Shown here: positions 41,401 through 56,370 of the stretch, piece after piece | Layout of the letters: every line of letters starts with the position of its first letter | Position numbering within the stretch: the first letter of the stretch is position 1 | Position numbers and translations under genes: made by a program | Assembly: GCA_964016885.1 (NCBI GenBank) | Contig: OZ024758.1 | Coordinates: 36,642,001-36,706,000 of the forward strand | Source: Eledone cirrhosa | Taxonomy: Eukaryota | Reading direction: 5' to 3' | DNA length: 64,000 nucleotides | The notes under the pieces: generated by a model | The model's input: the letters and a program-made list of their open reading frames with translations, nothing else | Databases searched by the model: none | Told to the model about the DNA's origin: nothing

Positions 41401-44400
41401 AAGTCATGGTATTAGTTGTCAGAAGTAACTCCACTGTTGGTGAGAATTCATTTAAGTTCATGGTACTAGCTGTCAGAAGTAACTCCACTGTTGGTGAGAA
41501 TTCAGTTAAGTTCATGGTATTAGTTGTCAGAAGTAACTCCACTGTTGGTGAGAATTCATTTAAATCATGGTATTAGTTGTCAGAAGTAACTCCAATGTTG
41601 GTGAGAATTCATTTAATTTCATGGTACTAGCTGTCAGAAGTAACTCCACTGTTGGTGAGAATTCATTTAAGTCATGGTATTAGTTGTCAGAAGTAACTCC
41701 AATGTTGGTGAGAATTCATTTAAGTTCATGGTACTAGCTGTCAGAAGTAACTCCACTGTTGGTGAGAATTCATTTAAGTTCATGGTATTAGCTGTCAGAA
41801 GTAACTCCACTGTTGGTGAGAATTCATTTAAGTCATGGTATTAGTTGTCAGAAGTAACTCCAATGTTGGTGAGAATTCATTTAAGTTCATGGTACTAGCT
41901 GTCAGAAGTAACTCCACTGTTGGTGAGAATTCATTTAAGTTCATGGTATTAGCTGTCAGAAGTAACTCCAATGTTGGTGAGAATTCATTTAAGTTCATGG
42001 TATTAGCTGTCAGAAGTAACTCCACTGTTGGTGAGAATTCATTTAAGTTCATGGTATTAGCTGTCAGAAGTAACTCCACTGTTGGTGAGAATTCATTTAA
42101 GTTCATGGTATTAGCTGTCAGAAGGAACGCCACTGTTGGTGAGAATTCATTTAAGTTCATGGTATTAGCTGTCAGAAGTAACTCAACTGTTGGTGAGAAT
42201 TCATTTAAGTTCATGGTACTAGTTGTCAGAAGTAACTCCACTGTTGGTGAGAATTCATTTAGGTTCATGGTATTAGTTGTCAGAAGTAACTCCACTGTTG
42301 GTGAGAATTCATTTAAGTCATGGTATTAGTTGTCAGAAGTAACTCCACTGTTGGTGAGAATTCATTTAAGTTCATGGTATTAGCTGTCAGAAGTAACCCC
42401 AATGTTGGTGAGAATTCATTTAAGTTCATGGTTCTAGCTGTCAGAAGTAACTCCACTGTTGGTGAGAATTCATTTAAGTTCATGGTATTAGCTGTCAGAA
42501 GTAACTCCACTGTTGGTGAGAGTTCATTTAAGTCATGGTATTAGCTGTCAGAAGTAACTCCATTGTTGGTGAGAATTCATTTAAGTCATGGTACTAGCTG
42601 TCAGAAGTAACTCCACTGTTGGTGAGAATTCATTTAAGTTCATGGTATTAGCTGTCAGAAGGAACTCCACTGTTGGTGAGAATTCATTTAAGTTCATGGT
42701 ACTAGCTGTCAGAAGTAACTCCACTGTTGGTGAGAATTCATTTAAGTTCATGGTATTAGTTTGTCAGAAGTAACTCCACTGTTGGTGAGAATTCATTTAA
42801 TTCATGGTATTAGTTGTCAGAAGTAACTCCAATGTTGGTGAGAATTCATTTAAGTCATGGTACTAGCTGTCAGAAGTAACTCCAATGTTGGTGAGAATTC
42901 ATTTAAGTTCATGGTATTAGCTGTCAGAAGGAACTCCACTGTTGGTGAGAATTCATTTAAGTTCATGGTATTAGCTGTCAGAAGTAACTCCACTGTTGGC
43001 GAGAATTCATTTAAGTTCATGGTACTAGCTGTCAGAAGTAACTCCAATGTTGGTGAGAATTCATTTAAGTTCATGGTATTAGCTGTCAGAAGTAACTCCA
43101 CTGTTGGTGAGAATTCATTTAAGTCATGGTATTAGCTGTCAGAAGTAACTCCAATGTTGGTGAGAATTCATTTAAGTTCATGGTACTAGCTGTCAGAAGT
43201 AACTCCACTGTTGGTGAGAATTCATTTAAGTTCATGGTATTCGTTTGTCAGAAGTAACTCCACTGTTGGTGAGAATTCATTTAAGTAATGGTATTAGTTG
43301 TCAGAAGTTTACTCCAATGTTGGTGAGAATTCATTTAAGTTCATGGTACTAGCTGTCAGAAGTAACTCCACTGTTGGTGAGAATTCATTTAAGTTCATGG
43401 TATTAGCTGTCAGAAGTAACTCCACTGTTGGTGAGAATTCATTTAAGTCATGGTATTAGCTGTCAGAAGTAACTCCAATGTTGGTGAGAATTCATTTAAG
43501 TCATGGTACTAGCTGTCAGAAGTAACTCCAATGTTGGTGAGAATTCAGTTAAGTTCATGGTATTAGCTGTCAGAAGGAACTCCACTGTTGGTGAGAATTC
43601 ATTTAAGTTCATGGTATTAGCTGTCAGAAGTAACTCCACTGTTGGTGAGAATTCATTTAAGTTCATGGTACTAGCTGTCAGAAGTAACTCCACTGTTGGT
43701 GAGAATTCATTTAAGTTCATGGTACTAGCTGTCAGAAGTAACTCCACTGTTGGTGAGAATTCAGTTAAGTTCATGGTATTAGTTGTCAGAAGTAACTCCA
43801 CTGTTGGTGAGAATTCATTTAAGTTCATGGTACTAGCTGTCAGAAGTAACTCCACTGTTGGTGAGAATTCATTTAAGTTCATGGTATTCGTTTGTCAGAA
43901 GTAACTCCACTGTTGGTGAGAATTCATTTAAGTAATGGTATTAGTTGTCAGAAGTTTACTCCAATGTTGGTGAGAATTCATTTAAGTTCATGGTACTAGC
44001 TGTCAGAAGTAACTCCACTGTTGGTGAGAATTCATTTAAGTTCATGGTATTAGCTGTCAGAAGAAACTCCACTGTTGGTGAGAATTCATTTAAGTCATGG
44101 TATTAGCTGTCAGAAGTAACTCCAATGTTGGTGAGAATTCATTTAAGTCATGGTACTAGCTGTCAGAAGTAACTCCAATGTTGGTGAGAATTCAGTTAAG
44201 TTCATGGTATTAGCTGTCAGAAGGAACTCCACTGTTGGTGAGAATTCATTTAAGTTCATGGTTCTAGCTGTCAGAAGTAACTCCACTGTTGGTGAGAATT
44301 CATTTAAGTTCATGGTACTAGCTGTCAGAAGTAACTCCACTGTTGGTGAGAATTCATTTAAGTCATGGTATTAGTTGTCAGAAGTAACTCCAATGTTGGT

Positions 44401-47400
44401 GAGAATTCATTTAAGTTCATGGTACTAGCTGTCAGAAGTAACTCCACTGTTGGTGAGAATTCATTTAAGTTCATGGTATTAGCTGTCAGAAGTAACTCCA
44501 ATGTTGGTGAGAATTCATTTAAGTTCATGGTATTAGCTGTCAGAAGTAACTCCACTGTTGGTGGGAATTCATTTAAGTTCATGGTATTAGCTGTCAGAAG
44601 TAACTCCACTGTTGGTGAGAATTCATTTAAGTTCATGGTATTAGCTGTCAGAAGGAACGCCACTGTTGGTGAGAATTCATTTAAGTTCATGGTATTAGCT
44701 GTCAGAAGTAACTCAACTGTTGGTGAGAATTCATTTAAGTTCATGGTACTAGTTGTCAGAAGTAACTCCACTGTTGGTGAGAATTCATTTAGGTTCATGG
44801 TATTAGTTGTCAGAAGTAACTCCACTGTTGGTGAGAATTCATTTAAGTCATGGTATTAGTTGTCAGAAGTAACTCCACTGTTGGTGAGAATTCATTTAAG
44901 TTCATGGTACTAGCTGTCAGAAGTAACTCCACTGTTGGTGAGAATTCAGTTAAGTTCATGGTATTAGTTGTCAGAAGTAACTCCAATGTTGGTGAGAATT
45001 CATTTAAGTTCATGGTACTAGCTGTCAGAAGTAACTCCACTGTTGGTGAGAATTCATTTAAGTTCATGGTATTAGCTGTCAGAAGTAACTCCACTGTTGG
45101 TGAGAATTCATTTAAGTCATGGTATTAGTTGTCAGAAGTAACTCCAATGTTGGTGAGAATTCATTTAAGTTCATGGTACTAGCTGTCAGAAGTAACTCCA
45201 CTGTTGGTGAGAATTCATTTAAGTTCATGGTATTAGCTGTCAGAAGTAACTCCAATGTTGGTGAGAATTCATTTAAGTTCATGGTATTAGCTGTCAGAAG
45301 TAACTCCACTGTTGGTGAGAATTCATTTAAGTTCATGGTATTAGCTGTCAGAAGTAACTCCACTGTTGGTGAGAATTCATTTAAGTTCATGGTATTAGCT
45401 GTCAGAAGGAACGCCACTGTTGGTGAGAATTCATTTAAGTTCATGGTATTAGCTGTCAGAAGTAACTCAACTGTTGGTGAGAATTCATTTAAGTTCATGG
45501 TACTAGTTGTCAGAAGTAACTCCACTGTTGGTGAGAATTCATTTAGGTTCATGGTATTAGTTGTCAGAAGTAACTCCACTGTTGGTGAGAATTCATTTAA
45601 GTCATGGTATTAGTTGTCAGAAGTAACTCCACTGTTGGTGAGAATTCATTTAAGTTCATGGTATTAGCTGTCAGAAGTAACCCCAATGTTGGTGAGAATT
45701 CATTTAAGTTCATGGTTCTAGCTGTCAGAAGTAACTCCACTGTTGGTGAGAATTCATTTAAGTTCATGGTATTAGCTGTCAGAAGTAACTCCACTGTTGG
45801 TGAGAGTTCATTTAAGTCATGGTATTAGCTGTCAGAAGTAACTCCATTGTTGGTGAGAATTCATTTAAGTCATGGTACTAGCTGTCAGAAGTAACTCCAC
45901 TGTTGGTGAGAATTCATTTAAGTTCATGGTATTAGCTGTCAGAAGGAACTCCACTGTTGGTGAGAATTCATTTAAGTTCATGGTACTAGCTGTCAGAAGT
46001 AACTCCACTGTTGGTGAGAATTCATTTAAGTTCATGGTATTAGTTTGTCAGAAGTAACTCCACTGTTGGTGAGAATTCATTTAATTCATGGTATTAGTTG
46101 TCAGAAGTAACTCCAATGTTGGTGAGAATTCATTTAAGTCATGGTACTAGCTGTCAGAAGTAACTCCAATGTTGGTGAGAATTCATTTAAGTTCATGGTA
46201 TTAGCTGTCAGAAGGAACTCCACTGTTGGTGAGAATTCATTTAAGTTCATGGTATTAGCTGTCAGAAGTAACTCCACTGTTGGCGAGAATTCATTTAAGT
46301 TCATGGTACTAGCTGTCAGAAGTAACTCCAATGTTGGTGAGAATTCATTTAAGTTCATGGTATTAGCTGTCAGAAGTAACTCCACTGTTGGTGAGAATTC
46401 ATTTAAGTCATGGTATTAGCTGTCAGAAGTAACTCCAATGTTGGTGAGAATTCATTTAAGTTCATGGTACTAGCTGTCAGAAGTAACTCCACTGTTGGTG
46501 AGAATTCATTTAAGTTCATGGTATTCGTTTGTCAGAAGTAACTCCACTGTTGGTGAGAATTCATTTAAGTAATGGTATTAGTTGTCAGAAGTTTACTCCA
46601 ATGTTGGTGAGAATTCATTTAAGTTCATGGTACTAGCTGTCAGAAGTAACTCCACTGTTGGTGAGAATTCATTTAAGTTCATGGTATTAGCTGTCAGAAG
46701 TAACTCCACTGTTGGTGAGAATTCATTTAAGTCATGGTATTAGCTGTCAGAAGTAACTCCAATGTTGGTGAGAATTCATTTAAGTCATGGTACTAGCTGT
46801 CAGAAGTAACTCCAATGTTGGTGAGAATTCAGTTAAGTTCATGGTATTAGCTGTCAGAAGGAACTCCACTGTTGGTGAGAATTCATTTAAGTTCATGGTA
46901 TTAGCTGTCAGAAGTAACTCCACTGTTGGTGAGAATTCATTTAAGTTCATGGTACTAGCTGTCAGAAGTAACTCCACTGTTGGTGAGAATTCATTTAAGT
47001 TCATGGTACTAGCTGTCAGAAGTAACTCCACTGTTGGTGAGAATTCAGTTAAGTTCATGGTATTAGTTGTCAGAAGTAACTCCACTGTTGGTGAGAATTC
47101 ATTTAAGTTCATGGTACTAGCTGTCAGAAGTAACTCCACTGTTGGTGAGAATTCATTTAAGTTCATGGTATTAGCTGTCAGAAGTAACTCCACTGTTGGT
47201 GAGAATTCATTTAAATCATGGTATTAGTTGTCAGAAGTAACTCCAATGTTGGTAAGAATTCATTTAAGTTCATGGTACTAGCTGTCAGAAGTAACTCCAC
47301 TGTTGGTGAGAATTCATTTAAGTTCATGGTATTAGCTGTCAGAAGTAACTCCACTGTTGGTGAGAATTCATTTAAGTCATGGTATTAGCTGTCAGAAGTA

Positions 47401-50400
47401 ACTCCATTGTTGGTGAGAATTCATTGAAGTCATGGTACTAGCTGTCAGAAGTAACTCCAATGTTGGTGAGAATTCAGTTAAGTTCATGGTATTAGCTGTC
47501 AGAAGGAACTCCAATGTTGGTGAGAATTCATTTAAGTTCATGGTATTAGTTGTCAGAAGTAACTCCACTGTTGGTGAGAATTCATTTAAGTTCATGGTAT
47601 TAGCTGTCAGAAGTAACTCCACTGTTGGTGAGAATTCATTTAAGTTCATGGTATTAGCTGTCAGAAGGAACGCCACTGTTGGTGAGAATTCATTTAAGTT
47701 CATGGTATTAGCTGTCAGAAGTAACTCAACTGTTGGTGAGAATTCATTTAAGTTCATGGTACTAGTTGTCAGAAGTAACTCCACTGTTGGTGAGAATTCA
47801 TTTAGGTTCATGGTATTAGTTGTCAGAAGTAACTCCACTGTTGGTGAGAATTCATTTAAGTCATGGTATTAGTTGTCAGAAGTAACTCCACTGTTGGTGA
47901 GAATTCATTTAAGTTCATGGTATTAGCTGTCAGAAGTAACCCCAATGTTGGTGAGAATTCATTTAAGTCATGGTATTAGCTGTCAGAAGTAACTCCATTG
48001 TTGGTGAGAATTCATTTAAGTCATGGTACTAGCTGTCAGAAGTAACTCCACTGTTGGTGAGAATTCATTTAAGTTCATGGTATTAGCTGTCAGAAGGAAC
48101 TCCACTGTTGGTGAGAATTCATTTAAGTTCATGGTACTAGCTGTCAGAAGTAACTCCACTGTTGGTGAGAATTCATTTAAGTTCATGGTATTAGTTTGTC
48201 AGAAGTAACTCCACTGTTGGTGAGAATTCATTTAATTCATGGTATTAGTTGTCAGAAGTAACTCCAATGTTGGTGAGAATTCATTTAAGTCATGGTACTA
48301 GCTGTCAGAAGTAACTCCAATGTTGGTGAGAATTCATTTAAGTTCATGGTATTAGCTGTCAGAAGTAACTCCAATGTTGGTGAGAATTCATTTAAGTTCA
48401 TGGTATTAGCTGTCAGAAGTAACTCCACTGTTGGTGAGAATTCATTTAAGTCATGGTATTAGCTGTCAGAAGTAACTCCAATGTTGGTGAGAATTCATTT
48501 AAGTTCATGGTACTAGCTGTCAGAAGTAACTCCACTGTTGGTGAGAATTCATTTAAGTTCATGGTATTCGTTTGTCAGAAGTAACTCCACTGTTGGTGAG
48601 AATTCATTTAAGTAATGGTATTAGTTGTCAGAAGTTTACTCCAATGTTGGTGAGAATTCATTTAAGTTCATGGTACTAGCTGTCAGAAGTAACTCCACTG
48701 TTGGTGAGAATTCATTTAAGTTCATGGTATTAGCTGTCAGAAGAAACTCCACTGTTGGTGAGAATTCATTTAAGTCATGGTATTAGCTGTCAGAAGTAAC
48801 TCCAATGTTGGTGAGAATTCATTTAAGTCATGGTACTAGCTGTCAGAAGTAACTCCAATGTTGGTGAGAATTCAGTTAAGTTCATGGTATTAGCTGTCAG
48901 AAGGAACTCCACTGTTGGTGAGAATTCATTTAAGTTCATGGTTCTAGCTGTCAGAAGTAACTCCACTGTTGGTGAGAATTCATTTAAGTTCATGGTACTA
49001 GCTGTCAGAAGTAACTCCACTGTTGGTGAGAATTCATTTAAGTTCATGGTACTAGCTGTCAGAAGTAACTCCACTGTTGGTGAGAATTCAGTTAAGTTCA
49101 TGGTATTAGTTGTCAGAAGTAACTCCACTGTTGGTGAGAATTCATTTAAATCATGGTATTAGTTGTCAGAAGTAACTCCAATGTTGGTGAGAATTCATTT
49201 AATTTCATGGTACTAGCTGTCAGAAGTAACTCCACTGTTGGTGAGAATTCATTTAAGTCATGGTATTAGTTGTCAGAAGTAACTCCAATGTTGGTGAGAA
49301 TTCATTTAAGTTCATGGTACTAGCTGTCAGAAGTAACTCCACTGTTGGTGAGAATTCATTTAAGTTCATGGTATTAGCTGTCAGAAGTAACTCCACTGTT
49401 GGTGAGAATTCATTTAAGTCATGGTATTAGTTGTCAGAAGTAACTCCAATGTTGGTGAGAATTCATTTAAGTTCATGGTACTAGCTGTCAGAAGTAACTC
49501 CACTGTTGGTGAGAATTCATTTAAGTTCATGGTATTAGCTGTCAGAAGTAACTCCAATGTTGGTGAGAATTCATTTAAGTTCATGGTATTAGCTGTCAGA
49601 AGTAACTCCACTGTTGGTGGGAATTCATTTAAGTTCATGGTATTAGCTGTCAGAAGTAACTCCACTGTTGGTGAGAATTCATTTAAGTTCATGGTATTAG
49701 CTGTCAGAAGGAACGCCACTGTTGGTGAGAATTCATTTAAGTTCATGGTATTAGCTGTCAGAAGTAACTCAACTGTTGGTGAGAATTCATTTAAGTTCAT
49801 GGTACTAGTTGTCAGAAGTAACTCCACTGTTGGTGAGAATTCATTTAGGTTCATGGTATTAGTTGTCAGAAGTAACTCCACTGTTGGTGAGAATTCATTT
49901 AAGTCATGGTATTAGTTGTCAGAAGTAACTCCACTGTTGGTGAGAATTCATTTAAGTTCATGGTACTAGCTGTCAGAAGTAACTCCACTGTTGGTGAGAA
50001 TTCAGTTAAGTTCATGGTATTAGTTGTCAGAAGTAACTCCACTGTTGGTGAGAATTCATTTAAATCATGGTATTAGTTGTCAGAAGTAACTCCAATGTTG
50101 GTGAGAATTCATTTAATTTCATGGTACTAGCTGTCAGAAGTAACTCCACTGTTGGTGAGAATTCATTTAAGTCATGGTATTAGTTGTCAGAAGTAACTCC
50201 AATGTTGGTGAGAATTCATTTAAGTTCATGGTACTAGCTGTCAGAAGTAACTCCACTGTTGGTGAGAATTCATTTAAGTTCATGGTATTAGCTGTCAGAA
50301 GTAACTCCACTGTTGGTGAGAATTCATTTAAGTCATGGTATTAGTTGTCAGAAGTAACTCCAATGTTGGTGAGAATTCATTTAAGTTCATGGTACTAGCT

Positions 50401-53400
50401 GTCAGAAGTAACTCCACTGTTGGTGAGAATTCATTTAAGTTCATGGTATTAGCTGTCAGAAGTAACTCCAATGTTGGTGAGAATTCATTTAAGTTCATGG
50501 TATTAGCTGTCAGAAGTAACTCCACTGTTGGTGAGAATTCATTTAAGTTCATGGTATTAGCTGTCAGAAGTAACTCCACTGTTGGTGAGAATTCATTTAA
50601 GTTCATGGTATTAGCTGTCAGAAGGAACGCCACTGTTGGTGAGAATTCATTTAAGTTCATGGTATTAGCTGTCAGAAGTAACTCAACTGTTGGTGAGAAT
50701 TCATTTAAGTTCATGGTACTAGTTGTCAGAAGTAACTCCACTGTTGGTGAGAATTCATTTAGGTTCATGGTATTAGTTGTCAGAAGTAACTCCACTGTGG
50801 GTGAGAATTCATTTAAGTCATGGTATTAGTTGTCAGAAGTAACTCCACTGTTGGTGAGAATTCATTTAAGTTCATGGTATTAGCTGTCAGAAGTAACCCC
50901 AATGTTGGTGAGAATTCATTTAAGTTCATGGTTCTAGCTGTCAGAAGTAACTCCACTGTTGGTGAGAATTCATTTAAGTTCATGGTATTAGCTGTCAGAG
51001 GTAACTCCACTGTTGGTGAGAGTTCATTTAAGTCATGGTATTAGCTGTCAGAAGTAACTCCATTGTTGGTGAGAATTCATTTAAGTCATGGTACTAGCTG
51101 TCAGAAGTAACTCCACTGTTGGTGAGAATTCATTTAAGTTCATGGTATTAGCTGTCAGAAGGAACTCCACTGTTGGTGAGAATTCATTTAAGTTCATGGT
51201 ACTAGCTGTCAGAAGTAACTCCACTGTTGGTGAGAATTCATTTAAGTTCATGGTATTAGTTTGTCAGAAGTAACTCCACTGTTGGTGAGAATTCATTTAA
51301 TTCATGGTATTAGTTGTCAGAAGTAACTCCAATGTTGGTGAGAATTCATTTAAGTCATGGTACTAGCTGTCAGAAGTAACTCCAATGTTGGTGAGAATTC
51401 ATTTAAGTTCATGGTATTAGCTGTCAGAAGGAACTCCACTGTTGGTGAGAATTCATTTAAGTTCATGGTATTAGCTGTCAGAAGTAACTCCACTGTTGGC
51501 GAGAATTCATTTAAGTTCATGGTACTAGCTGTCAGAAGTAACTCCAATGTTGGTGAGAATTCATTTAAGTTCATGGTATTAGCTGTCAGAAGTAACTCCA
51601 CTGTTGGTGAGAATTCATTTAAGTCATGGTATTAGCTGTCAGAAGTAACTCCAATGTTGGTGAGAATTCATTTAAGTTCATGGTACTAGCTGTCAGAAGT
51701 AACTCCACTGTTGGTGAGAATTCATTTAAGTTCATGGTATTCGTTTGTCAGAAGTAACTCCACTGTTGGTGAGAATTCATTTAAGTAATGGTATTAGTTG
51801 TCAGAAGTTTACTCCAATGTTGGTGAGAATTCATTTAAGTTCATGGTACTAGCTGTCAGAAGTAACTCCACTGTTGGTGAGAATTCATTTAAGTTCATGG
51901 TATTAGCTGTCAGAAGTAACTCCACTGTTGGTGAGAATTCATTTAAGTCATGGTATTAGCTGTCAGAAGTAACTCCAATGTTGGTGAGAATTCATTTAAG
52001 TCATGGTACTAGCTGTCAGAAGTAACTCCAATGTTGGTGAGAATTCAGTTAAGTTCATGATATTAGCTGTCAGAAGGAACTCCACTGTTGGTGAGAATTC
52101 ATTTAAGTTCATGGTATTAGCTGTCAGAAGTAACTCCACTGTTGGTGAGAATTCATTTAAGTTCATGGTACTAGCTGTCAGAAGTAACTCCACTGTTGGT
52201 GAGAATTCATTTAAGTTCATGGTACTAGCTGTCAGAAGTAACTCCACTGTTGGTGAGAATTCAGTTAAGTTCATGGTATTAGTTGTCAGAAGTAACTCCA
52301 CTGTTGGTGAGAATTCATTTAAGTTCATGGTACTAGCTGTCAGAAGTAACTCCACTGTTGGTGAGAATTCATTTAAGTTCATGGTATTAGCTGTCAGAAG
52401 TAACTCCACTGTTGGTGAGAATTCATTTAAATCATGGTATTAGTTGTCAGAAGTAACTCCAACGTTGGTAAGAATTCATTTAAGTTCATGGTACTAGCTG
52501 TCAGAAGTAACTCCACTGTTGGTGAGAATTCATTTAAGTTCATGGTATTAGCTGTCAGAAGTAACTCCACTGTTGGTGAGAATTCATTTAAGTCATGGTA
52601 TTAGCTGTCAGAAGTAACTCCATTGTTGGTGAGAATTCATTGAAGTCATGGTACTAGCTGTCAGAAGTAACTCCAATGTTGGTGAGAATTCAGTTAAGTT
52701 CATGGTATTAGCTGTCAGAAGAAACTCCAATGTTGGTGAGAATTCATTTAAGTTCATGGTATTAGTTGTCAGAAGTAACTCCACTGTTGGTGAGAATTCA
52801 TTTAAGTTCATGGTATTAGCTGTCAGAAGTAACTCCACTGTTGGTGAGAATTCATTTAAGTTCATGGTATTAGCTGTCAGAAGGAACGCCACTGTTGGTG
52901 AGAATTCATTTAAGTTCATGGTATTAGCTGTCAGAAGTAACTCAACTGTTGGTGAGAATTCATTTAAGTTCATGGTACTAGTTGTCAGAAGTAACTCCAC
53001 TGTTGGTGAGAATTCATTTAGGTTCATGGTATTAGTTGTCAGAAGTAACTCCACTGTTGGTGAGAATTCATTTAAGTCATGGTATTAGTTGTCAGAAGTA
53101 ACTCCACTGTTGGTGAGAATTCATTTAAGTTCATGGTATTAGCTGTCAGAAGTAACCCCAATGTTGGTGAGAATTCATTTAAGTCATGGTATTAGCTGTC
53201 AGAAGTAACTCCATTGTTGGTGAGAATTCATTTAAGTCATGGTACTAGCTGTCAGAAGTAACTCCACTGTTGGTGAGAATTCATTTAAGTTCATGGTATT
53301 AGCTGTCAGAAGGAACTCCACTGTTGGTGAGAATTCATTTAAGTTCATGGTACTAGCTGTCAGAAGTAACTCCACTGTTGGTGAGAATTCATTTAAGTTC

Positions 53401-56370
53401 ATGGTATTAGTTTGTCAGAAGTAACTCCACTGTTGGTGAGAATTCATTTAATTCATGGTATTAGTTGTCAGAAGTAACTCCAATGTTGGTGAGAATTCAT
53501 TTAAGTCATGGTACTAGCTGTCAGAAGTAACTCCAATGTTGGTGAGAATTCATTTAAGTTCATGGTATTAGCTGTCAGAAGGAACTCCACTGTTGGTGAG
53601 AATTCATTTAAGTTCATGGTATTAGCTGTCAGAAGTAACTCCACTGTTGGCGAGAATTAATTTAAGTTCATGGTACTAGCTGTCAGAAGTAACTCCAATG
53701 TTGGTGAGAATTCATTTAAGTTCATGGTATTAGCTGTCAGAAGTAACTCCACTGTTGGTGAGAATTCATTTAAGTCATGGTATTAGCTGTCAGAAGTAAC
53801 TCCAATGTTGGTGAGAATTCATTTAAGTTCATGGTACTAGCTGTCAGAAGTAACTCCACTGTTGGTGAGAATTCATTTAAGTTCATGGTATTCGTTTGTC
53901 AGAAGTAACTCCACTGTTGGTGAGAATTCATTTAAGTAATGGTATTAGTTGTCAGAAGTTTACTCCAATGTTGGTGAGAATTCATTTAAGTTCATGGTAC
54001 TAGCTGTCAGAAGTAACTCCACTGTTGGTGAGAATTCATTTAAGTTCATGGTATTAGCTGTCAGAAGAAACTCCACTGTTGGTGAGAATTCATTTAAGTC
54101 ATGGTATTAGCTGTCAGAAGTAACTCCAATGTTGGTGAGAATTCATTTAAGTCATGGTACTAGCTGTCAGAAGTAACTCCAATGTTGGTGAGAATTCAGT
54201 TAAGTTCATGGTATTAGCTGTCAGAAGGAACTCCACTGTTGGTGAGAATTCATTTAAGTTCATGGTTCTAGCTGTCAGAAGTAACTCCACTGTTGGTGAG
54301 AATTCATTTAAGTTCATGGTACTAGCTGTCAGAAGTAACTCCACTGTTGGTGAGAATTCATTTAAGTTCATGGTACTAGCTGTCAGAAGTAACTCCACTG
54401 TTGGTGAGAATTCAGTTAAGTTCATGGTATTAGTTGTCAGAAGTAACTCCACTGTTGGTGAGAATTCATTTAAATCATGGTATTAGTTGTCAGAAGTAAC
54501 TCCAATGTTGGTGAGAATTCATTTAATTTCATGGTACTAGCTGTCAGAAGTAACTCCACTGTTGGTGAGAATTCATTTAAGTCATGGTATTAGTTGTCAG
54601 AAGTAACTCCAATGTTGGTGAGAATTCATTTAAGTTCATGGTACTAGCTGTCAGAAGTAACTCCACTGTTGGTGAGAATTCATTTAAGTTCATGGTATTA
54701 GCTGTCAGAAGTAACTCCACTGTTGGTGAGAATTCATTTAAGTCATGGTATTAGTTGTCAGAAGTAACTCCAATGTTGGTGAGAATTCATTTAAGTTCAT
54801 GGTACTAGCTGTCAGAAGTAACTCCACTGTTGGTGAGAATTCATTTAAGTTCATGGTATTAGCTGTCAGAAGTAACTCCAATGTTGGTGAGAATTCATTT
54901 AAGTTCATGGTATTAGCTGTCAGAAGTAACTCCACTGTTGGTGAGAATTCATTTAAGTTCATGGTATTAGCTGTCAGAAGTAACTCCACTGTTGGTGAGA
55001 ATTCATTTAAGTTCATGGTATTAGCTGTCAGAAGGAACGCCACTGTTGGTGAGAATTCATTTAAGTTCATGGTATTAGCTGTCAGAAGTAACTCAACTGT
55101 TGGTGAGAATTCATTTAAGTTCATGGTACTAGTTGTCAGAAGTAACTCCACTGTTGGTGAGAATTCATTTAGGTTCATGGTATTAGTTGTCAGAAGTAAC
55201 TCCACTGTTGGTGAGAATTCATTTAAGTCATGGTATTAGTTGTCAGAAGTAACTCCACTGTTGGTGAGAATTCATTTAAGTTCATGGTACTAGCTGTCAG
55301 AAGTAACTCCACTGTTGGTGAGAATTCAGTTAAGTTCATGGTATTAGTTGTCAGAAGTAACTCCACTGTTGGTGAGAATTCATTTAAATCATGGTATTAG
55401 TTGTCAGAAGTAACTCCAATGTTGGTGAGAATTCATTTAATTTCATGGTACTAGCTGTCAGAAGTAACTCCACTGTTGGTGAGAATTCATTTAAGTCATG
55501 GTATTAGTTGTCAGAAGTAACTCCAATGTTGGTGAGAATTCATTTAAGTTCATGGTACTAGCTGTCAGAAGTAACTCCACTGTTGGTGAGAATTCATTTA
55601 AGTTCATGGTATTAGCTGTCAGAAGTAACTCCACTGTTGGTGAGAATTCATTTAAGTCATGGTATTAGTTGTCAGAAGTAACTCCAATGTTGGTGAGAAT
55701 TCATTTAAGTTCATGGTACTAGCTGTCAGAAGTAACTCCACTGTTGGTGAGAATTCATTTAAGTTCATGGTATTAGCTGTCAGAAGTAACTCCAATGTTG
55801 GTGAGAATTCATTTAAGTTCATGGTATTAGCTGTCAGAAGTAACTCCACTGTTGGTGAGAATTCATTTAAGTTCATGGTATTAGCTGTCAGAAGTAACTC
55901 CACTGTTGGTGAGAATTCATTTAAGTTCATGGTATTAGCTGTCAGAAGGAACGCCACTGTTGGTGAGAATTCATTTAAGTTCATGGTATTAGCTGTCAGA
56001 AGTAACTCAACTGTTGGTGAGAATTCATTTAAGTTCATGGTACTAGTTGTCAGAAGTAACTCCACTGTTGGTGAGAATTCATTTAGGTTCATGGTATTAG
56101 TTGTCAGAAGTAACTCCACTGTTGGTGAGAATTCATTTAAGTCATGGTATTAGTTGTCAGAAGTAACTCCACTGTTGGTGAGAATTCATTTAAGTTCATG
56201 GTATTAGCTGTCAGAAGTAACCCCAATGTTGGTGAGAATTCATTTAAGTTCATGGTTCTAGCTGTCAGAAGTAACTCCACTGTTGGTGAGAATTCATTTA
56301 AGTTCATGGTATTAGCTGTCAGAAGTAACTCCACTGTTGGTGAGAGTTCATTTAAGTCATGGTATTAGTT
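38500..56370. repeat. About 5.2-5.3-kb higher-order unit: copies start near 38.5, 47.1 and 52.3 kb (last partial), with a 3284-bp partial copy at about 43.8-47.1 kb
   Basis: GGTAAGAATT (38644, 47251, 52467) and CATTGAAGTC (about 38815, 47422, 52638). ORF offsets are 8607, 8500, 5216, 5324 and 3284. Confidence 0.88.
40550..42350. repeat. 914-bp (17-monomer) tandem duplication nested in the 5.3-kb unit
   Basis: Matching 164-aa ORFs at 40921/41835; also 49421/50335, 54745/55659 and 56520/57434. Confidence 0.9.
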
